NCBI GenBank assembly: GCA_964495695.1
Contig: CAZBWR010000011.1
Coordinates: forward strand, 1,032-65,031
Length of the DNA: 64,000 nt
Direction: 5' to 3'
Origin: an uncultured Chitinophagales bacterium
GTDB lineage: Bacteria; Bacteroidota; Ignavibacteria; UBA10030; UBA6906
Part shown: one piece after another, positions 17,348-26,412 of the stretch
Layout of the letters: each line of letters starts with the position of its first letter
Numbering within the stretch: the first letter of the stretch is position 1
The notes under the pieces: model-generated
The model's database searches: none
Seen by the model: the letters and a program-made list of their open reading frames with translations, nothing else
Told to the model about the DNA's origin: nothing
Translations under genes and position numbers: made by a program

Positions 17348-19248
17348 GGTTTCACGTGAAACGGGGTCTTGTGTCGGTTTTTAGAGGTTCTTATGATGTC
17401 GTTGTGGTTGGGGCTGGACACGCAGGAATTGAAGCCTCACTTGCTGCAGCGAGAATGGGGTGTAATACCGCTCTCTTCACGATGGACCTTGATGCCATTG
17501 GGAGAATGTCCTGCAACCCAGCAATCGGTGGCTCGGCAAAGGGGCATCTGGTCCGGGAGATTGACGCCTTGGGTGGAGAGATGGGGAAGCTGGCGGATGC
17601 TACAGGTATTCACTTCCGGATGCTGAATAAGTCCAAGGGTCCCGCAATCTGGTCCCCCCGCTGCCAAAGCGATCGGGAGTGGTACAGCAGAGAGGCGGCT
17701 CGTCGAGTATTGGCAGAGGAGAAAATCACATGCATTCAAGACACAATCGTCGATGTTCAGATCGAAGGTGGCACTCTAACAGGTGTCGTTACGGGCAGGC
17801 ATGGGGTCATCCAATGCAATTCCCTGGTGATCTGTAGTGGGACTTTTCTCAATGCAATCATGCACACAGGATGCAGCTCGTCGGTTGGCGGCAGGTTTGG
17901 AGAGCCGGCATCGGGAGGACTCTCGGATAGGCTCGCCTCTTTAGGTCTGGTCACCGGACGTCTGAAGACAGGAACCCCGCCAAGGGTTGACCGCTACTCA
18001 ATCGATTATGGTCAGACGGAAATTCAAAACGCTGACGACCATCCTCAGCCATTCTCCTTCTCGAACAAGAGTATCTGGAACTATCAGATCCCGATGTATC
18101 TTACATACACGAACGGGAAGACTCATGACGCTTTGCGTCGCGGCTTTGATGATTCGCCTATGTTCACCGGTCGCATCAAAGGGGTCGGACCGAGGTACTG
18201 TCCGTCCATCGAAGACAAGCTGTTCCGCTTCGCCGACAAGGAAAGGCACCAGATATTTCTCGAGCCGGAGGGTTACGAATCAAACATTGTTTATGTCAAT
18301 GGCTTCTCCACGAGTCTTCCTGCCGAAGTACAACTCGATGGCCTGTCAACCATCCCGGGTTTGGCGCGCGCGAAGATGATCAGACCCGGCTATGCGGTTG
18401 AGTATGACTACTTCCCACCTCACCAACTGGAACATACTTTGGAGTCGAAGTTTGTGGCAGGGCTTTTCTTTGCAGGACAGGTCAACGGAACCAGCGGGTA
18501 TGAGGAGGCAGCAGCTCAAGGTTTGATTGCCGGAATCAACGCGGCGCTGAAAGTCCGGCAAGAGGATCCCCTCATCCTCAAGAGAAGTGAGTCCTACATC
18601 GGCGTGTTAATCGATGATCTTATCAACAAGGGGACTGATGAACCCTATCGGATTTTTACCTCACGAGCCGAATACCGGCTTCTGCTACGGCAGGATAACG
18701 CTGATAGCCGGTTAATGCGTGTAGGTTACCGTATTGGTCTTGTTTCACGTGAAACGATCGACCAACTTGACCAAAAAGAAAAGGCAATTGAACTTGCTCG
18801 CGGGGAATTGGAGATTAATGTCAAGGCAGGAGACGTAAACCACATTCTTGAGAGATGTGGTAGCCAGCCGATCATTGAGGCTCAATCCCTTGCGCAGCTT
18901 TTGAGAAGACCGGAGATGAGCCTACGCAACTTGTTAGAGTCACCGGCCGTCGCCCCAGACTCAAACCTTAAGAAGATTGCAGGCAACCGCGAGGTGTTTG
19001 ATAGGGTGGAGATAGAAGTAAAGTACGAGGGATACCTCAAGCGGCAAGAGGAGCAAATCAGGTTGCTTGCAAAGAGCGAGGCCATAACTATCCCCCGGGA
19101 TTTTGACTTCACCATGCTCAAATCGCTTAGCCGTGAAAGTCAGGAAAAATTCCATCGGGTTCGACCCCGGACCTTGGCGCAGGCCTCTCGGATCAGCGGC
19201 GTTACGCCTGCAGATATTTCTGTCCTGATGATTGCTCTGAGGAACTGA
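17344..19248 (+). CDS. mnmG: tRNA uridine 5-carboxymethylaminomethyl modification enzyme MnmG (GidA)
   Basis: [45 protein letters not shown]. Start is either ATG 17344 (overlapping the mnmE stop) or GTG 17371. Confidence 0.98.
   Translation: MRFHVKRGLVSVFRGSYDVVVVGAGHAGIEASLAAARMGCNTALFTMDLDAIGRMSCNPAIGGSAKGHLVREIDALGGEMGKLADATGIHFRMLNKSKGPAIWSPRCQSDREWYSREAARRVLAEEKITCIQDTIVDVQIEGGTLTGVVTGRHGVIQCNSLVICSGTFLNAIMHTGCSSSVGGRFGEPASGGLSDRLASLGLVTGRLKTGTPPRVDRYSIDYGQTEIQNADDHPQPFSFSNKSIWNYQIPMYLTYTNGKTHDALRRGFDDSPMFTGRIKGVGPRYCPSIEDKLFRFADKERHQIFLEPEGYESNIVYVNGFSTSLPAEVQLDGLSTIPGLARAKMIRPGYAVEYDYFPPHQLEHTLESKFVAGLFFAGQVNGTSGYEEAAAQGLIAGINAALKVRQEDPLILKRSESYIGVLIDDLINKGTDEPYRIFTSRAEYRLLLRQDNADSRLMRVGYRIGLVSRETIDQLDQKEKAIELARGELEINVKAGDVNHILERCGSQPIIEAQSLAQLLRRPEMSLRNLLESPAVAPDSNLKKIAGNREVFDRVEIEVKYEGYLKRQEEQIRLLAKSEAITIPRDFDFTMLKSLSRESQEKFHRVRPRTLAQASRISGVTPADISVLMIALRN
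17349..17362. promoter_or_regulatory. parS centromere-like site 1
   Basis: GTTTCACGTGAAAC perfect palindrome, 14/16 to the consensus TGTTTCACGTGAAACA. Confidence 0.85.
18741..18756. promoter_or_regulatory. parS site 2, inside mnmG
   Basis: TGTTTCACGTGAAACG, 15/16 to consensus. Encodes V-S-R-E-T. Confidence 0.9.
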
Positions 19249-19253
19249 GCCCG

Positions 19254-19946
19254 ATGACTGAAGAGCTAAGGTTCAGGTCCATCTGCCAGGCTAACGGACT
19301 GTTGCTTGACGACGAGACAGTTGGTAAGCTCTCGAGCTTTGTCGGCTTGCTTTCCGGGTGGAACACAAAAATCAACCTTGTCTCCCGGCTCGATGCGCAG
19401 AACCTTTGGCTGACCCATCTTCTGCATTGCGTGTCTCTTCTCTTCTTTGTAAAGATACCGCAGAGTGCAAGGGTGCTGGATTTGGGAACGGGCGGCGGTC
19501 TTCCGGGGATACCTTTGGCGATCATTCGTCCGGACTTGGATATTACGCTTCTCGATTCAATCAAGAAGAAGACAATGGTCGTTGAAGATATCATCGACAA
19601 ACTTCTCTTGAAGAACACCCGGGTCTTAACGGGAAGAGCCGAACAACTTGGTGTCAGAAACGACTTGTCGGGAAGATTTGACATCGTAACTGCGCGCGCA
19701 GTGGCTCCGCTCCATGAACTTCTGAAATGGTCAAGACCGTTTCTCAAGACCAGAACAAGTGACGATATGAACAATACCTTGCCCGAGCCCCCATACTTGA
19801 TTGCAATGAAGGGGGGAGATTTGAAAGAGGAGATCCGGACAGCAACGATAAAAACAAATCTGAAGTACCACACTATAATCGACCTTGTCTTCAAGGGCTC
19901 AGACGAGTTGAACCTTCAGGACAAGAAACTTGTAATCGCATACTAA
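19254..19946 (+). CDS. rsmG: 16S rRNA m7G527 methyltransferase
   Basis: WNTKINLVS, VLDLGTGGGLPGIPLAI, LLDSIKKK, TARAVA. Position after mnmG. Confidence 0.96.
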   Translation: MTEELRFRSICQANGLLLDDETVGKLSSFVGLLSGWNTKINLVSRLDAQNLWLTHLLHCVSLLFFVKIPQSARVLDLGTGGGLPGIPLAIIRPDLDITLLDSIKKKTMVVEDIIDKLLLKNTRVLTGRAEQLGVRNDLSGRFDIVTARAVAPLHELLKWSRPFLKTRTSDDMNNTLPEPPYLIAMKGGDLKEEIRTATIKTNLKYHTIIDLVFKGSDELNLQDKKLVIAY

Positions 19947-19959
19947 TAGCCGTTATTGC

Positions 19960-20880
19960 ATGAGCACACAAAAGGCACTTTCCGAACAGCTTGCAACGCT
20001 GATGACCGAGCAACGAAATCCGGTCTCTCGCGAGATAGATCTCGAGTCTACCGATGGCATACTTCGAATAATAAACTCGGAGGACAAGAAGGTGGCGCTT
20101 GCCGTCGAGAAAGAGATCCCTTATATCACACAGGCCGTCGACATCATTGTCGACTCTTTCAAGAAGGGAGGGCGCCTTCTTTACTTCGGGGCAGGGACCA
20201 GCGGCAGGCTTGGAGTCGTGGACGCGTCCGAGTGTCCCCCCACGTTCGGCACACCGCAGGGGATGGTGTCAGGGTTCATAGCCGGAGGTGAGGCCGCAAT
20301 GTTCAAGGCACAGGAAGGTGCCGAGGATAATCGGGAGCTTGCCCGCAATGATGTCGATGCGCAGAGCGTCGGACCGAATGACACCGTTTGCGGGATCGCC
20401 GCGAGCCGCAGGACTCCTTACGTTGTTGCAGCCGTGGAAAGAGCGAAAGAACGGGGAGCCAGGACACTCTACGTCACGACAAACCCGAGGGCAACCTTCG
20501 ATCTTGACGTCGATGTCGCCATCTGTCCCGAGGTCGGCCCTGAAGTGATTATGGGATCTACCCGGATGAAATCAGGCACAGCGCAAAAACTTGTGCTCAA
20601 CATGCTTACGACTGCCGCGATGGTCAAGCTCGGAAAGGTCTACGAGAACATGATGGTTGACCTCCAACTCACCAACGCGAAGCTGGTCGAGCGATCAAAA
20701 CGCATCATCATGATGGTGACGGGTGTTGAGTATGAAGTCGCCGCAGAATATCTCGAGAAATCGGGCGGACACGTGAAAACGGCGATTGTCATGGTTGCCA
20801 ACGGCATGACCCGTGACGAAGCAAAACAGTGTGTCGAGCGATCAAACGGCTTTGTCCGCGTGGCAATAGGAAAGAACTAG
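19960..20880 (+). CDS. murQ: N-acetylmuramic acid 6-phosphate etherase
   Basis: TEQRNP, GAGTSGRLG, DASECPPTFG, EGAED, GPEVIMGSTRMKSGTAQK. Confidence 0.97.
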   Translation: MSTQKALSEQLATLMTEQRNPVSREIDLESTDGILRIINSEDKKVALAVEKEIPYITQAVDIIVDSFKKGGRLLYFGAGTSGRLGVVDASECPPTFGTPQGMVSGFIAGGEAAMFKAQEGAEDNRELARNDVDAQSVGPNDTVCGIAASRRTPYVVAAVERAKERGARTLYVTTNPRATFDLDVDVAICPEVGPEVIMGSTRMKSGTAQKLVLNMLTTAAMVKLGKVYENMMVDLQLTNAKLVERSKRIIMMVTGVEYEVAAEYLEKSGGHVKTAIVMVANGMTRDEAKQCVERSNGFVRVAIGKN

Positions 20881-20955
20881 GGGATTCACTTATCATTTCA
20901 CCCCGCAATCCGGACTTCCTGTCCCGGTTGATGGGGTTGGTCTGTTTGTACTGTT

Positions 20956-23900
20956 ATGATCGAAACGCTAAAAGAGCAGATTCTTCTCTCGGACAACTTT
21001 ATTGCGCTGAGCAGCCGACTTACAGAATCGCAATCCGGTGATATTCGTTCCATCAGCGGTGTCGCGGGATCATTACGAGCGGTCCTTGTCGGCACAGTTG
21101 CCGAAACGCTGCGTCGTCCCGTCGTTGTCGTGACGGCCGATGAAGAGGAGGCCCGGAAGAAAACAGACGACTTGAACCTCATAATCGGGCAGCAGTTCGT
21201 CCGGATGTTCACGGGCGAGAAGCACGGCGAAGGGGACGGGTCTGGAATTGTGGACGACATAGAAACCCTCAAGGCCCTCATCGACAAGTCTGCAAAGGTA
21301 ATCATCACGACACCCCGAGGTTTGGCTGCTCCGCTCCCCACCCCCGCGTCATTGAAGCACCAACTTATTGAGCTCGAGCGCGGGCACGATGTTCCGTTCG
21401 AGCGGCTCCTCGGTCAACTTGTTGAATTCGGTTTCGAGAAGGTTCAGTTTGTCGAGACCGTCGGGGAGTTTTCGGTCAGAGGCGGTATTCTCGACATATT
21501 TCCCTTTGTGGGGGAGCATCCTCTGCGCATTGAATTCTTTGGCGATACCGTTGAGTCGCTGCGTGAGTTCGATTCCATCTCTCAACGTTCGATAAAAGAA
21601 CTTCAGAAAGCCAGCATCGTTCCCAATCTCGTCGGAGGAGGTGACGCATCGGCCGGCCGCTCATCATCACTCCTCGATTTTGTTGACGCCGGAAGCATAG
21701 CAGTCGTAGAGGAGCCAGAGCTCATCAAGAAGGAACTTGACGACCTCGGCGCGGCCGCCCCCCTTACCTGGAGTCAGGTGTCGGAACAACTGCAGTACCT
21801 TCCCCGACTCGATATTTTATCCTTCTCCGGATCCGACAGTCACGCACTGCAGTTTGAAACCACCCCCCAGCCCGCAGTGAATGGCAGCATCAAGATGCTT
21901 CGCAAGCATCTTGCAACGCTTCAGGAGCAGGGATACTCGATCTATATCACCAGTGACACTGAGACAGAGCGTGACCGGCTGAAAGACCTGTTAGCCGAAA
22001 TAGAACCGCTTGCTGAAGATGAAGAACGGCAAGCACATGAGGAGGAACATCATCTTGTTGTTGAGGACATTCAGTTCTCGCTTGATTCATTGCACGAGGG
22101 ATTTGTCTTCCCCGGCTTGCGGGTTGCGGTATTTACAGAGCACCAGATATTCAACCGGCTCAAGCGCCGTGGTAAACAGCGGCGAACTCGCTTCAAAGCA
22201 ATTTCGCAACGTGAGCTGCATGAGCTTCGCAAGGGCGATTATGTTGTGCATGCAGACTACGGTATCGGGCGCTTTGACGGGCTCAAGAAGATCAAGGTCA
22301 GGGATGTCGAACAGGAGGTAGTCAAACTTCTCTACGAAGAGAAGGATACGCTGTATGTCAACCTCAACTACCTCACCAAGGTACAGAAGTACTCCTCAAA
22401 GGAGGGACATGTCCCGAAACTCACGCGCCTCGGCAGCGGAGAGTGGGACAGACTCAAGGCTCGCGCCAAGAAGCGTGTTAAAGATATTGCGCGTGACCTT
22501 ATCAAACTGTACGCGAAGCGCAAACACTCAGCCGGAATCACGTTCGGCAAAGACACGTTGTGGCAGCGGGAACTGGAAGCTTCATTCATGTATGAAGATA
22601 CACCCGACCAGGCCAAGGCAACATCAGATATCAAAGAGGACATGGAAGCTACCTTCCCGATGGATCGCCTCATTTGCGGTGATGTCGGGTTCGGGAAAAC
22701 GGAAGTTGCCGTGCGGGCCGCATTCAAAGCAGTCATGACCGGAAAACAAGTTGCGGTTCTCGTTCCCACAACGATTCTCGCGCAGCAGCATTACCACACA
22801 TTCCTCGATCGTCTTGCCAAGTACTCGACGCGCATCGAGGTTATCTCCCGCTTCAAAACGAAGAAAGAGCAAAGCGAAACGGTTGCCCGTCTTAAAGCCG
22901 GCACGACCGACATTATTATCGGGACACATCGTCTACTATCAAAAGATGTGGGCTTCAAGGATCTCGGGTTGCTGATCGTGGACGAGGAGCATAGGTTCGG
23001 CGTGTCGGCGAAGGAAAAACTCCGCCAGATGCGCGTCAATGTCGATACATTGACCCTGACTGCAACGCCAATTCCCCGGACACTTCACTTTTCGCTCATG
23101 GGCGCCCGCGACTTGTCCATAATCGCGACACCGCCACCCAACCGGCGGCCCGTCATTACCGAGATCTCGGAGTTTCATGAAGACCAGATACGGGACGCCA
23201 TTCTGCGTGAGGTACATCGGGGGGGACAGGTGTTCTTTGTACACGACCGGGTGAACAACATCGAGGAGCTTGTCACGAAACTGCAGCAGTTGCTGCCACA
23301 GGTGCGTTTCCGGTATGCACACGGGCAAATGCACGCGCACGAGTTGGAAGAGGTGATGCTTGCATTTCTTGAAAGACGGTTCGATGTTCTGGTCGCCACG
23401 AAGATCATCGAATCGGGCATCGACATACCGAGTGTCAATACCATTGTTATAAACAGAGCGGACCGCTTCGGCATGGCGGAGTTGTATCAATTGCGGGGAA
23501 GGGTCGGCAGATCGAATGTACAGGCATATGCGTTTCTTTTGACGCCTCCCATTTCGACTTTGCCGCGCGAAACGATACGCCGGCTTCAGGCAATCGAAGA
23601 GTTCACTGAACTCGGCTCGGGCTTCAACCTTGCGATGCGTGACCTTGAAATCCGAGGTGCAGGGAATCTACTCGGCGCCGAACAAAGCGGCTACATCGAA
23701 TCGATGGGATTCGAACTCTACACAAAAATTCTCGAGGAGGCTGTTGCCGAGTTGAAAGAGGAAGAGTTCCGCGATCTCTTCGCAGGCGAGGAGCAGCCCG
23801 CTCGACGCGATGTCCCGACAATGGTCGAGGCGGACATTGACGTCAGGATTCCCGAAACATATATTCAAAGCGATAACGAGCGTCTGAGCATCTACCGCAG

Positions 23901-24315
23901 ACTCTACTCACTAACTTCCGAAAAAGAACTTGTCGAAGTCTCGACAGAACTCACCGACAGGTTTGGTGATCACCCGGTTGAAGTGCGACATCTCATCAGT
24001 CTCGTCCGCATCCGCTTGAAGGCTTCAACTGCTGGATTCAAGAGAGTGAATATCGACGCCGCAGGACTCCAAATCGAATTCCCGCCGGAATCGGAAAGAG
24101 CATTTTACGAAAGTGAATCATTCCAGCACCTGATGACATTCATCTCCCGGCAGCATGATAAGCGAACAGCACTCTCCCAGAGTGGCAAGACACTAATACT
24201 ATCGACGAAGTTCAGAGAACGCAATCTGCTAAATTCGCTCAAAAACGCCGATTTGTTCATTGATGAGCTACTTGAAGCATCCAGATCCGGCTCTTCTGAG
24301 ACAGTGCCTGTGTAA
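20956..24315 (+). CDS. mfd: Transcription-repair coupling factor
   Basis: VRGGILDIFP, GDYVVHADYGIG, GDVGFGKTEVA, DEEHRFGV, QLRGRVGRS, DLEIRGAGNLLG. Confidence 0.98.
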   Translation: MIETLKEQILLSDNFIALSSRLTESQSGDIRSISGVAGSLRAVLVGTVAETLRRPVVVVTADEEEARKKTDDLNLIIGQQFVRMFTGEKHGEGDGSGIVDDIETLKALIDKSAKVIITTPRGLAAPLPTPASLKHQLIELERGHDVPFERLLGQLVEFGFEKVQFVETVGEFSVRGGILDIFPFVGEHPLRIEFFGDTVESLREFDSISQRSIKELQKASIVPNLVGGGDASAGRSSSLLDFVDAGSIAVVEEPELIKKELDDLGAAAPLTWSQVSEQLQYLPRLDILSFSGSDSHALQFETTPQPAVNGSIKMLRKHLATLQEQGYSIYITSDTETERDRLKDLLAEIEPLAEDEERQAHEEEHHLVVEDIQFSLDSLHEGFVFPGLRVAVFTEHQIFNRLKRRGKQRRTRFKAISQRELHELRKGDYVVHADYGIGRFDGLKKIKVRDVEQEVVKLLYEEKDTLYVNLNYLTKVQKYSSKEGHVPKLTRLGSGEWDRLKARAKKRVKDIARDLIKLYAKRKHSAGITFGKDTLWQRELEASFMYEDTPDQAKATSDIKEDMEATFPMDRLICGDVGFGKTEVAVRAAFKAVMTGKQVAVLVPTTILAQQHYHTFLDRLAKYSTRIEVISRFKTKKEQSETVARLKAGTTDIIIGTHRLLSKDVGFKDLGLLIVDEEHRFGVSAKEKLRQMRVNVDTLTLTATPIPRTLHFSLMGARDLSIIATPPPNRRPVITEISEFHEDQIRDAILREVHRGGQVFFVHDRVNNIEELVTKLQQLLPQVRFRYAHGQMHAHELEEVMLAFLERRFDVLVATKIIESGIDIPSVNTIVINRADRFGMAELYQLRGRVGRSNVQAYAFLLTPPISTLPRETIRRLQAIEEFTELGSGFNLAMRDLEIRGAGNLLGAEQSGYIESMGFELYTKILEEAVAELKEEEFRDLFAGEEQPARRDVPTMVEADIDVRIPETYIQSDNERLSIYRRLYSLTSEKELVEVSTELTDRFGDHPVEVRHLISLVRIRLKASTAGFKRVNIDAAGLQIEFPPESERAFYESESFQHLMTFISRQHDKRTALSQSGKTLILSTKFRERNLLNSLKNADLFIDELLEASRSGSSETVPV

Positions 24316-24438
24316 ACAAACAACCTACAGACCCACGGGTGGGAGACCACTCCAATCAACCTCAAAACCACACTTCCAACGCATCTTCCAGTCGCAGAGT
24401 TTTTTGGCTAAAATGAGCCAAAAATCCCAATTATTAAC

Positions 24439-24466
24439 TTGACTTTCCTAATATATTGCGTATCTT
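24439..24466 (+). promoter_or_regulatory. sigma70-type dcw (mraZ) promoter
   Basis: TTGACT-N16-TATCTT. Confidence 0.65.
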
Positions 24467-24477
24467 AGCACACATTG

Positions 24478-24502
24478 GTGGGTAACTGCGGGTTATAGGG
24501 GA
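24478..24502 (+). promoter_or_regulatory. MraZ-binding direct repeats
   Basis: GTGGG / GCGGG / GGGGA at an exact 10-bp period, just downstream of the promoter. Resembles the known MraZ DCW box. Confidence 0.65.
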
Positions 24503-24546
24503 GTACTGTCCCAGTTCCTATCACCTAAGAAACCTCAGAGGGAGCA

Positions 24547-24999
24547 GTGTCTGCGTTTAAGGGCTCATACGAATACTCGGTTGATAGCAAGGGGCGCATC
24601 AACATCCCCGCGAAGCTGAGGAAGAGCGTTTCGCCGGACGCGAATGAAACGTTCACCATAACGCGCGGCTTCGAGAAATGCCTCTTCATCTATCCTCAGG
24701 ATGAATGGCTGCAACTCGAGGAGTCGATACGCGCGCTCTCGCCGACAAATCCGCAACACCGGTTCTTCATGCGTGTGCTGCTGCAACAGGCGGTTGACGT
24801 CCAGCTTGACACGCAATCGCGCATTACTATTCCAAGAGACTTGCTGCAATTTGCCGACATCGCTTCTGATGTGTTGATTCTTGGCGTTCTCGAACATATC
24901 GAGTTATGGAATCCTAAGGAATATGCACAATATCTGGCTTCGCAGCAGAACAGTTATGAAGATGTTGCGCAGACTGTTCTCCAGAAACCGCAGACGTGA
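24547..24999 (+). CDS. mraZ: Division/cell wall cluster transcriptional repressor MraZ
   Basis: VDSKGRINIP and LDTQSRITIP duplicated motifs, IELWNP. GTG start. Confidence 0.97.
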   Translation: MSAFKGSYEYSVDSKGRINIPAKLRKSVSPDANETFTITRGFEKCLFIYPQDEWLQLEESIRALSPTNPQHRFFMRVLLQQAVDVQLDTQSRITIPRDLLQFADIASDVLILGVLEHIELWNPKEYAQYLASQQNSYEDVAQTVLQKPQT

Positions 25000-25919
25000 C
25001 TGGATCATTTCATACACCAGTTCTCTTTCATGAAACGTTGCATCACCTCATCACCGACCGTGACGGGACATATGTTGACGGAACACTCGGCGGTGGCGGG
25101 CACGCGGAGGGTGTATGCGAGCAGCTGGCAGCGGGCCGCCTGATTTGTTTCGACGCTGATGCCGATGCGATCAGGTTTGCGTCGGAGCGTTTAAAGCGCT
25201 TCACGAACGTCACCTTTGTGCATCAGAATTTCAGGGAGTTAAGGCGCGCGTTGCAGGACCTCGGGATCGGGAGTATCAACGGACTTCTCCTCGACCTCGG
25301 TGTTTCGTCGTACCAGATCGATGCAGAAGAAAAGGGGTTTTCATTCCGCGGAGATGAGAGGATTGATATGAGGATGGACAGGCGAAGGGAGCGAACAGGC
25401 TGGCATGTAGTGAATGATTATGAGGAAAAGCGACTTGCCGACATTATCTGGAAGTTCGGCGAAGAACGGAATGCAAGAAGAATCGCCCGGCGCATCAGTT
25501 ATGCGCGGCCGGTGAATACAACCGGCCAACTCGCCTCGGCGGTCGAAGCCGCCGTGGGGAAGCAGTTTCTCACCAAGACATTGGCCCGCGTGTTCCAGGC
25601 AATACGGATCGAGGTGAACGATGAACTCGAAAGCCTGGACCGGGCACTTGCCGACAGTGTGGAGATCATGGCGCCGGGGGGGCGCATTGTGGTGATAGCC
25701 TATCATTCGTTGGAAGACAGGATTGTGAAGACATTCTTCAAGAACGAATCAGCGACAACGATTCCTTCCGGACACAAATACATACCCGACACAGTTGTGT
25801 CACCGCGGTTGCGTACCCTGACGAGGTCCCCGATCACGGCAACGGAGGAAGAAGTGGTGCGAAATCCTCGTTCGCGCAGCGCGAAGCTCCGGGTTGCCGA
25901 ACGCATTGCAACGGCTTGA
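24996..25919 (+). CDS. rsmH: 16S rRNA m4C1402 methyltransferase
   Basis: HTPVL, VDGTLGGGGH, DLGVSSYQID, FQAIRIEVN, HSLEDRIVK, NPRSRSAKLR. Confidence 0.98.
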   Translation: MTGSFHTPVLFHETLHHLITDRDGTYVDGTLGGGGHAEGVCEQLAAGRLICFDADADAIRFASERLKRFTNVTFVHQNFRELRRALQDLGIGSINGLLLDLGVSSYQIDAEEKGFSFRGDERIDMRMDRRRERTGWHVVNDYEEKRLADIIWKFGEERNARRIARRISYARPVNTTGQLASAVEAAVGKQFLTKTLARVFQAIRIEVNDELESLDRALADSVEIMAPGGRIVVIAYHSLEDRIVKTFFKNESATTIPSGHKYIPDTVVSPRLRTLTRSPITATEEEVVRNPRSRSAKLRVAERIATA

Positions 25920-25927
25920 GGTGACTG

Positions 25928-26407
25928 ATGGGACAGAAATACCCGGATGATGTTGAGGAGTTGCTCCGACGCGCCACCGGACACAGGCCCAAGGCCAAAA
26001 AGGAAGCGACGCAGTCGGGACGGCGGCAGATCTACAACGGCGATTCACAGAACAAATCGCCGGGTTACGCAGTCCCTCCGGCAAACCGGCGGCACCAGCA
26101 ACCCAAGAGGCGTCGCTCAACCTTCAACATCGTGATGGTGCTGTTCGGTATCGCGGTGGGGCTGGTCGCATACATCAGCAACATCCTTGCGGTCAAGCAA
26201 CTTGTCGTGGAAGTACACCAGCTGCGGAATGAACATACGGCAATAGTGGAGAGAAACAAGCTGATTGATGCCGAGCGGACGCGCAAAGCCTCGCTCGCGC
26301 GCATCAAGCAACTGGCACAAGAACAGTTGGGTATGATAGACGCCCGCTCAGCCGAAATTCCATTTGATGTTGACAACAGCAAGCTCGAAGACTTTAAGGT
26401 CCGGTAA
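25928..26407 (+). CDS. ftsL: FtsL-like cell division protein with long basic N-terminus
   Basis: Single TM helix plus coiled coil ending RIKQLAQEQLGM. Position between rsmH and ftsI. Confidence 0.75.
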   Translation: MGQKYPDDVEELLRRATGHRPKAKKEATQSGRRQIYNGDSQNKSPGYAVPPANRRHQQPKRRRSTFNIVMVLFGIAVGLVAYISNILAVKQLVVEVHQLRNEHTAIVERNKLIDAERTRKASLARIKQLAQEQLGMIDARSAEIPFDVDNSKLEDFKVR

Positions 26408-26412
26408 AACAC

